Shown: one piece after another, positions 57,091-64,000 of the stretch | Layout of the letters: each line of letters starts with the position of its first letter | Numbering within the stretch: position 1 is the first letter of the stretch | DNA from: a virus | Strand: one strand, 5' to 3' | DNA length: 64,000 bases | Virus record (IMG/VR): IMGVR_UViG_3300031951_000060 | Location: 1-64,000 of that record | The notes under the pieces: generated by a model | The model's input: the letters and a program-made list of their open reading frames with translations, nothing else | The model's database searches: none | Told to the model about the DNA's origin: nothing | Translations under genes and position numbers: made by a program

Positions 57091-57750
57091 ATGAGCGTTA
57101 TTAAGGGACTAAAAAATATCAATGCCCTGCTCGACAAACCAAAAGAAGACTCACCAAAGGTACGTTGGCTAAAATTGGCTGATGGACAGGCAGTAAAGGT
57201 TCGTTTCATTGAAGAGTTGGACGAAGATTCTGCACACTATGAAGAAAAGCGTGGCCTTGCACTAGTTGTCAAGGAACACACAAATCCAAAGGACTATAAG
57301 CGTAAGGCAGTAGACACCATGGATACTGAAGGCCGTGACTGGGCTGAAGAGATGTATCGAAAAGATCCAAAGGGCAATAGCGGATGGCGTGGTCGTCTTC
57401 GTTTTTATTGTAATGTACTTGTAGATGATGGTATTGAGGACAAGCCTTATGTCGCCATTTGGTCTATGGGTGTAAGCAAGCAATCTGCCTTTAACACAAT
57501 TCGTGAGTATGCTCTTGAAACAGGTAGCATTTCAAATATCACATGGAAGTTAAAGCGTAATGGTCAGGGTACTGAAACATCTTATACTTTGATTCCTTCG
57601 GCTCCAGATAAGGAACCGTTTAACTGGGAAGGCGTTGAGCCGTACCCATTGGAGAAGGCACTACGACGTGTACCATATGCAGAGCAAGAGGCTTTCTATC
57701 TTGGCTTTGATTCTCCATCTACAACATCAGCGACGAATATCGACTGGTAG
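57091..57750 (+). CDS. Single-stranded DNA-binding protein (gp32-like)
   Basis: WLKLADGQ.VKVRF...KLKRNGQGTETSYTLIP OB-fold pattern, acidic/aromatic C-terminal tail, upstream of the polymerase. Confidence 0.7.
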   Translation: MSVIKGLKNINALLDKPKEDSPKVRWLKLADGQAVKVRFIEELDEDSAHYEEKRGLALVVKEHTNPKDYKRKAVDTMDTEGRDWAEEMYRKDPKGNSGWRGRLRFYCNVLVDDGIEDKPYVAIWSMGVSKQSAFNTIREYALETGSISNITWKLKRNGQGTETSYTLIPSAPDKEPFNWEGVEPYPLEKALRRVPYAEQEAFYLGFDSPSTTSATNIDW

Positions 57751-57753
57751 TAG

Positions 57754-60700
57754 ATGAATTACGTACCACTACACTTACATACCCACTTTTCACTATTCGA
57801 CGGAATTGGGTTGCCGTCTGAATATGTAGATCGTGCTACAAAATTGGGAATGCCTGCAATTGCGATTACAGACCATGGCTCCCTTTCTGGCCACAGAGAA
57901 ATGTATCGTGTTGCTAAAGCAAGTGGTATCAAGCCTATTCTTGGCATAGAAGGATATATGTGTGAGAACCGATTTGACCAAAGGGACAAAGAGGACAGAA
58001 CAACTCCACTAGATATGGTGTATAACCATATTATCCTTCTAGCCAAGAATAAGGTAGGCTTAGAAAATCTAAACAAGTTAAATGAAATTGCATGGACAGA
58101 GGGCTACTATAAAAAGCCACGAATTGACTTTGAAGTTTTGTCTAAATATAAAGAAGGAATTATAGTTTCATCTGCATGTCCAAGTGGTATTATTGCTAAG
58201 TCTATAGAACTTGGCGAACTGGGGATGGCAAAAAGATATATTAAGTGGTTTAAGGATGAGTTTAAGGATGACTACTATCTTGAAGTGATGCCACATAATC
58301 CCGAATCAATAAATAATGTAATTCTTCAGTTAGCAGATGAGTTTGGAGTAAAGCCTATTGTCACTCCAGACTGCCATCATGTTGACTCATCACAAAAAGA
58401 AATTCAAGAACTAAAACTTATTCTTAATACATATTCAAATAAGATTCAGAAAGATGCTACATACGAGAAGTCCAAAAAGCAAGGGGACTTAATGAAGCGT
58501 CTTGATTACCTATATGGCGCAGATAGACAAATGTCATTTAATAAGTTTGATATACACCTTCTGTCATACGAAGAGATTCAGGCTGCTATGGAAAAGCAAG
58601 CAATCTATAGAACTGATATTTATGAAAATACAATCGAACTTGCAAATAAAGTTGAAGACTATGATATTAAGGATGGACTAAACCTCCTTCCAGTTCAATA
58701 TAAGGATCCAGACAAACAACTAAAAGAATTGGCAATATCTGGTTTGGTAGAAAAGGGTCTTGACAAAGATCAGGAATATCTTGATAGACTTGATGAAGAA
58801 TTAAAAGTAATTCAAGATAAAAAGTTTGGACCTTACTTCCTTGTCGTGCAGAGTATGATTTCTTGGGCAAAGAAAGAAGGCATTATGGTTGGTCCAGGTC
58901 GTGGATCTTCTGCTGGCTCATTACTTTGCTATGCTCTTGGCATTACCGATATCGATCCCCTCAAGCATGGACTTTTGTTCTTCCGCTTTATTAATCCAGA
59001 ACGTAATGACTTTCCAGATATTGATACAGATATTCAAGACTCTCGCCGTGATGAGGTCAAAGATTATCTTGTTAGACAATATAAACATGTTGCTTCGATT
59101 GCAACATTCTTAGAGTTTAAAGATAAGGGTGTGGTACGAGATGTTGCTCGTGCATTAAATATTCCATTGGCAGATGTAAACAAAGTTTTGAAGTTGGTAG
59201 ATACTTGGGATGAGTATTGCACTTCAAAAACTACTGCATGGTTTAGAGAGAAATATCCAGAGGTAGAGCAATATGGCGAACAACTTCGTGGTCGTATTAG
59301 AGGTACTGGCATACACGCTGCTGGTGTTGTCACTAGTAAAAATCCTATTTTTAGGTACGCACCGATGGAGACACGTAATTCTCCTGGTTCCGATGAGCGT
59401 ATTCCTGTTGTGGCAGTGGATATGGAAGAGGCTGAAAAAATCGGGCTTATCAAAATCGACGCACTTGGACTAAAAACCTTAAGTGTAATTAATGATACAG
59501 TTAATATTATTAAAGAACGAGAAGGAACGGAAATAGATCTTTTAAATATTGACATGTCTGATTCAAAGGTATACCAGATGCTTTCTGAGGGATTCACAAA
59601 GGGTGTATTTCAGTGTGAAGCAACCCCATATACCAATCTTCTAATAAAGATGGGTGTAAAAAATCTAGCAGAACTTGCTGCTTCAAACGCTCTTGTTCGT
59701 CCAGGTGCAATGAATACTATTGGAAAAGACTATATTGAGCGCAAGCACGGTAGGCAGTCAGTAAATTATTTACATCAAACGATGAAGCCTTTCACAGAAG
59801 AAACATATGGGTGTATCCTATACCAAGAGCAGGTCATGCAGGCCTGCGTTCAACTTGGAGGTATGTCTTGGTCTGAGGCTGATAAGGTTCGCAAGATCAT
59901 TGGTAAAAAGAAAGATGCTAGAGAGTTTGATGCGTTTCGTGATCGTTTCGTTGACGGTGCTTCTAAGTTTATTAGTCCTAATCAGGCTCGTGATTTATGG
60001 CATGACTTTGAGGCGCATGCGGGTTATTCGTTCAACAAGTCTCATGCGGTTGCTTACTCTACGCTCTCGTATTGGACGGCATGGCTAAAGTATTACTATC
60101 CACTAGAGTTTATGTACTCTTTACTTAAAAATGAAAAGGACAAAGATGCGAGAACTGAATATCTTATTGAAGCGAAAAGAATGGGTATCAGCGTTAAATT
60201 ACCTCATATTAACGATTCGGATATTGATTTTAAAATTGAGGGTAAGGGTATTCGGTTTGGATTGTCGGGGATCAAGTTTATCTCTGATAAGATTGCAGAA
60301 CGATATATATCGGCACGACCTTTTAAGTCTTTCGAGGAAGTTAAAGCCTTTACATTTACGAAAGGTAATGGAGTCAACAGTAGAGCGTTAGAGGCATTAC
60401 GAATAATTGGCGCTGCAACATTTTTAGATAATCCTAGAAATGATAATGAGATTCGTGAAAACCTTTATGAATATTTAGGTTTGCCAGAGTTTACCCAAAC
60501 AGTTCCCTCACACTTTCATGCGTTTATTAACCCTGTAGAAGATTTTGAGGAAAAGGGATCTTTTATTTTAATGGGAATGGTAAAGGGGATCAAGCGTGGC
60601 AAAGGTTGGAGTCGTGTAGAAATATTAGATAAGACTGGAAGTATCGGTATTTTTGATGAAGAACAGACCACAATTGAGGCTGGTAGAAGTTATATTCTTT

Positions 60701-61029
60701 TATGTAGTGATAATAGAATTGTTAGCGCTGTTCCAGTTGATGAAATTAAAAAGTCAGACTCGGCATTAGTTAAATTTTTAAATTATAGAATGCTACCATA
60801 CAAGGATGATGAGTTGTTTGTTGTTTCGTTTAGGCCAAGAGTGACGAAGGCAGGGAAAAAGATGGCATCATTAACTTTAGCAGATACATCGAGAGAATTG
60901 CATCCAGTAACGGTTTTCCCAACGGCTTTTGCAAAGGCTTATATGAAAATTGAGGAAGGCAATGCTTATAAATTTGAATTAGGTAAAACTAAAGACGGGA
61001 CAGTAATATTGGAGGACATAAATGTTTGA
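57754..61029 (+). CDS. dnaE: DNA polymerase III alpha subunit
   Basis: PHP domain HLHTHFSLFDG/TDHG; GRGSSAGSL; FPDIDTD catalytic motif; HAAGVV; KIDALGL; YSFNKSHA. Confidence 0.95.
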   Translation: MNYVPLHLHTHFSLFDGIGLPSEYVDRATKLGMPAIAITDHGSLSGHREMYRVAKASGIKPILGIEGYMCENRFDQRDKEDRTTPLDMVYNHIILLAKNKVGLENLNKLNEIAWTEGYYKKPRIDFEVLSKYKEGIIVSSACPSGIIAKSIELGELGMAKRYIKWFKDEFKDDYYLEVMPHNPESINNVILQLADEFGVKPIVTPDCHHVDSSQKEIQELKLILNTYSNKIQKDATYEKSKKQGDLMKRLDYLYGADRQMSFNKFDIHLLSYEEIQAAMEKQAIYRTDIYENTIELANKVEDYDIKDGLNLLPVQYKDPDKQLKELAISGLVEKGLDKDQEYLDRLDEELKVIQDKKFGPYFLVVQSMISWAKKEGIMVGPGRGSSAGSLLCYALGITDIDPLKHGLLFFRFINPERNDFPDIDTDIQDSRRDEVKDYLVRQYKHVASIATFLEFKDKGVVRDVARALNIPLADVNKVLKLVDTWDEYCTSKTTAWFREKYPEVEQYGEQLRGRIRGTGIHAAGVVTSKNPIFRYAPMETRNSPGSDERIPVVAVDMEEAEKIGLIKIDALGLKTLSVINDTVNIIKEREGTEIDLLNIDMSDSKVYQMLSEGFTKGVFQCEATPYTNLLIKMGVKNLAELAASNALVRPGAMNTIGKDYIERKHGRQSVNYLHQTMKPFTEETYGCILYQEQVMQACVQLGGMSWSEADKVRKIIGKKKDAREFDAFRDRFVDGASKFISPNQARDLWHDFEAHAGYSFNKSHAVAYSTLSYWTAWLKYYYPLEFMYSLLKNEKDKDARTEYLIEAKRMGISVKLPHINDSDIDFKIEGKGIRFGLSGIKFISDKIAERYISARPFKSFEEVKAFTFTKGNGVNSRALEALRIIGAATFLDNPRNDNEIRENLYEYLGLPEFTQTVPSHFHAFINPVEDFEEKGSFILMGMVKGIKRGKGWSRVEILDKTGSIGIFDEEQTTIEAGRSYILLCSDNRIVSAVPVDEIKKSDSALVKFLNYRMLPYKDDELFVVSFRPRVTKAGKKMASLTLADTSRELHPVTVFPTAFAKAYMKIEEGNAYKFELGKTKDGTVILEDINV

Positions 61030-61339
61030 TGATTTAGCAGAACAAATACATAGTACAGCAGTAGAAAAAGGTTTTTGGGATAGAACAGTAGACCCGATTT
61101 TTATAGCCAAACAAATGATGATGATTGTTTCAGAGGTATCAGAGGCTATGGAAGCCCTTCGTAAAGATATGGATCCCGATCAAATATCAGATGAGTTTGC
61201 AGATATTATTATTCGTACACTTGACTTGTATGCAGGAATTGCAGAGGCAGGGTATGTAAAGAAATCTCTTGATTATGCTATTAAAGAAAAGATGGAACGC
61301 AATATACATAGACCAAAGAAGCATGGAGTAAGATTCTAA
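61022..61339 (+). CDS. MazG-like NTP pyrophosphohydrolase
   Basis: IVSEVSEAMEALR...EFADIIIRTLD motif. Confidence 0.8.
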   Translation: MFDDLAEQIHSTAVEKGFWDRTVDPIFIAKQMMMIVSEVSEAMEALRKDMDPDQISDEFADIIIRTLDLYAGIAEAGYVKKSLDYAIKEKMERNIHRPKKHGVRF

Positions 61340-62352
61340 TGACAGTAACAGTTGAAGAAGTTTTAGCACAACTAAATCCCAAATTAAGAAAAAATATATT
61401 GGTTGGAGATGCAATACCAGAAACACAGTTTGCAAAAACTCCAAGTTATGGACTAAATCGTGCACTTGGTGGTGGCCTCCCATACGGAAGACAAGTTTTA
61501 ATTTGGGGCAGTAAGTCATCAGCCAAATCCTCTATGTGTCTTCAAATGGTTTCACTTGCACAACAAGAGGGAAAAATCTGTGCATGGATTGATGCAGAGA
61601 TGTCATATGATAAAACTTGGGCAGAGAAACTTGGAGTAGACACTTCTAAACTAATAGTGTCTCAAGTTAGAACAATCAATGAGATGGTAGATGTTGGAGT
61701 TCAACTAATGGAGGCTGGTGTAGATATTATTGTGGTTGATAGTATTACATCATTGCTTCCAGCAATTTATTTTGAAAAAGATTCGGATGAATTAAAAGCA
61801 TTGGAAAATACAAAACAAATAGGTGCAGAATCTCGTGATTTTAGCAATGCTTGGAAGATGATTAACTATGCAAATAATAAAGTAAAGCCAACTCTATTTG
61901 TGTTAATTAGCCAATCTCGTAATAATATAAATGCAATGTATACAAGTCAACAGCCAACTGGTGGACAGGCTACAAAATTTTATTCCTCAACAGTTATAAA
62001 GTTATTCTCATCTGAATCAGATAATCAAGCCCTGAAAGGCAAGATCTACGTTGGAGATAAGGCAATAGAGGAAAAGGTTGGAAGAAAGGTTCGTTGGGAA
62101 GTTCAATTTTCCAAAACCTCTCCTGCTTTTCAATCTGGAGAGTATGATTTTTACTTTAGAGGAAATCATATTGGCGTAGACTTTATTGCTGATCTTGTAG
62201 ATACGGCAGAATTAATGGGTATCGTAGAAAGAACTGGAGCCTGGTATCTTTTGCCAGATGGTTCAAAAGTTCAAGGAAGAGAGGGCTTTATCAATAGAGT
62301 ACGAGAGGATCTTGATCTACAGGATATGATTAAGAATAAAATAAGTGGCTAA
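61339..62352 (+). CDS. recA: RecA-like recombinase
   Basis: LGGGLPYGR, GSKSSAKS P-loop variant, WIDAE, IVVDS, TGG.A.KFYSS, GAWY. Confidence 0.88.
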   Translation: MTVTVEEVLAQLNPKLRKNILVGDAIPETQFAKTPSYGLNRALGGGLPYGRQVLIWGSKSSAKSSMCLQMVSLAQQEGKICAWIDAEMSYDKTWAEKLGVDTSKLIVSQVRTINEMVDVGVQLMEAGVDIIVVDSITSLLPAIYFEKDSDELKALENTKQIGAESRDFSNAWKMINYANNKVKPTLFVLISQSRNNINAMYTSQQPTGGQATKFYSSTVIKLFSSESDNQALKGKIYVGDKAIEEKVGRKVRWEVQFSKTSPAFQSGEYDFYFRGNHIGVDFIADLVDTAELMGIVERTGAWYLLPDGSKVQGREGFINRVREDLDLQDMIKNKISG

Positions 62353-62530
62353 ATACTCTATCTATGAAGGCAAGTTCCCATGTAGAACTTGTCGTGAAGA
62401 AGTTAAAACTATGAGAGTGTATCCCGAAACGGGCAAAGCCTCATGGATGTGTTCTAAAAAACATTTGTCAGAATCACAACTTTATCAAGTAGGATATAAA
62501 AAGAAAAAGGACTATGAGCGAGAAGAGTGA
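62345..62530 (+). CDS. Small Zn-binding protein
   Basis: CRTC...C..KH. Confidence 0.5.
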   Translation: MAKYSIYEGKFPCRTCREEVKTMRVYPETGKASWMCSKKHLSESQLYQVGYKKKKDYEREE

Positions 62531-62804
62531 AAGTAAAAGAATAGGTGCCAAGCAGCATAAGAATTCTGGTAGAAATACTAAGAAAGGTGATGCCACATGG
62601 AACAACTTCACTGTAGATTTCAAGGAAGTAGGAAAGTCCTTTACCTTGAATCAGGATGTATGGGCTAAGGCTACTACAGATGCAATTAGAAATGGCAGTG
62701 ATCCAGCCATAGTTGTTGTAATTGGCGAGGGCAACAAGAAGGTCAGACTTGCTATAATAGAGTTAGAACTACTAGAACAGATGGTGAATAATGGAACAAA
62801 ATAA
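62514..62804 (+). CDS. Putative PD-(D/E)XK Holliday junction resolvase-like nuclease
   Basis: E...NSG....KGD......VDFKE pattern. Confidence 0.55.
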   Translation: MSEKSESKRIGAKQHKNSGRNTKKGDATWNNFTVDFKEVGKSFTLNQDVWAKATTDAIRNGSDPAIVVVIGEGNKKVRLAIIELELLEQMVNNGTK

Positions 62805-63096
62805 TACAACGCTTGAGATGGTTAATGGTTTGTCAGAAATAGCAGAATATATGGAGGATGAGGAATTAACCACAGCCCTTACCTTTATTGCTAAAATAAT
62901 TATTAAGCCAGACATACCTATGAATGTTGCAACTGTAGAAATTGTTCGACTTCAGGCAATAGCAGCAAAGATGGCTCTCAAGGCTACCTGGATGGCTAAT
63001 GTCGATAAGTCAAACAGAGGAAAGAAAAATCTATACTATACAGCAGCAGAGTCAATTAATAATCTTGTGTCTGCTCTCAAATATATCACTCGATGA
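62791..63096 (+). CDS. Hypothetical helical protein
   Basis: Coupled ORF in the recombination cluster. Confidence 0.5.
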   Translation: MEQNNTTLEMVNGLSEIAEYMEDEELTTALTFIAKIIIKPDIPMNVATVEIVRLQAIAAKMALKATWMANVDKSNRGKKNLYYTAAESINNLVSALKYITR

Positions 63097-63130
63097 TATC
63101 TGATATAATTGACTTAAACAAAGGATAATA

Positions 63131-63991
63131 ATGGCAAAAAATTTATTGCAACAAGTAATGTTAAAGGGTTCGGATAAAGTTAAGGGCGTCAAAGAAGACG
63201 AAGGCAATTTTGTAGAAGGATTAATAGAAAAAATAGAATCTGGATACATGACAAAAACTAAACCTAAATTTACCAAGAAGACAAATTTCTCTGCTTCTGG
63301 ATTGACATATGGTGCTGGAGAGTGCCCAAGATATTGGTATTTGGCTTTTGATGGTCAAGTTCACTACGACAACTCAGATGCGTATGGGGTAGCAAATAGA
63401 ACAAATGGAACTCTCGGTCATGAAAGAATTCAAGAGGCAATTCAAGCATCTGGAATTCTAGACGAATCGATGGAATTTGATTCTCTCCCAAGAAAATATA
63501 ATAAGCAAACTCATCCAGCAATGGAATTTAGAGTTAAGTCAGAAGATCCTCCACTAGATGGCTACGGAGATGTAATGCTTAATTATAACGGAGAACGTCT
63601 TGTGGGTGAAATTAAGACTATGCCAAATGAAGGCTTTGAGTATAAAAAGAATAGCCGAAAGCCTAAAATGGCACACTTAATGCAAATTTTAATTTACATG
63701 AAGGTTTGGAAAGTTGGTAAAGGTGTAATAATTTATGAAAACAAAAATAATCATGAGTTACTAACTTTACCTGTAGTAGTAAACGATCATTACCGTCGGT
63801 GGGTAGACCAGGCATTTGATTGGATGAGGGCAGTTCATAAATCTTGGAAAAATAGAGAGTTACCGCAAAAGCCGTATCGATCAAACTCTAAGATTTGTAA
63901 GGTGTGTCCAATTCAAAAAGCATGTGCTGAAGCAGAGACAGGGGTAATTAAAATTAAACCTCTGGAGTTGCTAGAAGATGAAAAATTGTAG
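63131..63991 (+). CDS. Cas4/RecB-like PD-(D/E)XK exonuclease
   Basis: CPRYWY, GTLGHE, G.GD...GEIKT, Q...Y, CKVCPIQKAC Fe-S cysteines; TGATATAAT at 63101. Confidence 0.8.
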   Translation: MAKNLLQQVMLKGSDKVKGVKEDEGNFVEGLIEKIESGYMTKTKPKFTKKTNFSASGLTYGAGECPRYWYLAFDGQVHYDNSDAYGVANRTNGTLGHERIQEAIQASGILDESMEFDSLPRKYNKQTHPAMEFRVKSEDPPLDGYGDVMLNYNGERLVGEIKTMPNEGFEYKKNSRKPKMAHLMQILIYMKVWKVGKGVIIYENKNNHELLTLPVVVNDHYRRWVDQAFDWMRAVHKSWKNRELPQKPYRSNSKICKVCPIQKACAEAETGVIKIKPLELLEDEKL

Positions 63992-64000
63992 ATGGTGTGA

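Noticed and set aside
19165-62352. Inteins or introns in nrdJ, dnaB, dnaE or recA
   Set aside because: Lengths and motif spacing are normal; no Hint or homing endonuclease insertions seen
63131-63991. Cas4-like gene as part of a CRISPR-Cas system
   Set aside because: No other cas genes or array; standalone Cas4-like nucleases are common in phage recombination modules
1-64000. tRNA/rRNA genes, integrase, terminase, genetic-code reassignment
   Set aside because: None recognised by eye; intergenic gaps are short and standard-code ORFs tile the window; terminase probably lies outside it

Overview
This window is a gene-dense, AT-rich 64-kb segment of a large tailed dsDNA phage. It is siphovirus-like: HK97-type head module, major tail protein, very long tape measure, no sheath gene. 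Almost all genes are on the + strand. An actinobacterial host is inferred from a [3Fe-4S]-type ferredoxin, a PASTA domain and apparent leaderless transcripts. Layout: 1-14.5 kb, collagen-like, fibre and appendage genes plus one reverse-strand lytic transglycosylase; 14.5-19.1 kb, accessory cassette; then class II RNR and a LamG-like virion protein; 25-34 kb, portal, protease/scaffold, capsid, connectors, tail tube and chaperones; 34-51 kb, tape measure and tail tip; 51-64 kb, DnaB, primase, AhpD-like, flavin halogenase, SSB, DnaE, MazG-like, RecA, resolvase-like and Cas4-like nuclease. The best candidate for an undescribed system is two parallel cassettes, each a low-complexity repeat protein followed by its own putative tailoring enzymes, both linked to the same fibre-end domain. 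(1) A Pro-Thr/Pro-Ala extensin- or mucin-like fibre followed by a prolyl hydroxylase-like enzyme and a Gnt1/GT60-like GlcNAc transferase. (2) A PASTA + (xxF[G/S]HY)n + Hint-domain protein followed by three related unknown proteins, a 2OG-Fe(II) oxygenase and a ferredoxin. Other notable items: kinase-like and nuclease-like cargo inside the tape measure, tail chaperones made by gene duplication rather than frameshift, tandem DnaA boxes before the capsid operon, and extended -10 promoters before many genes. All calls come from motif recognition by eye; no database searches were run.
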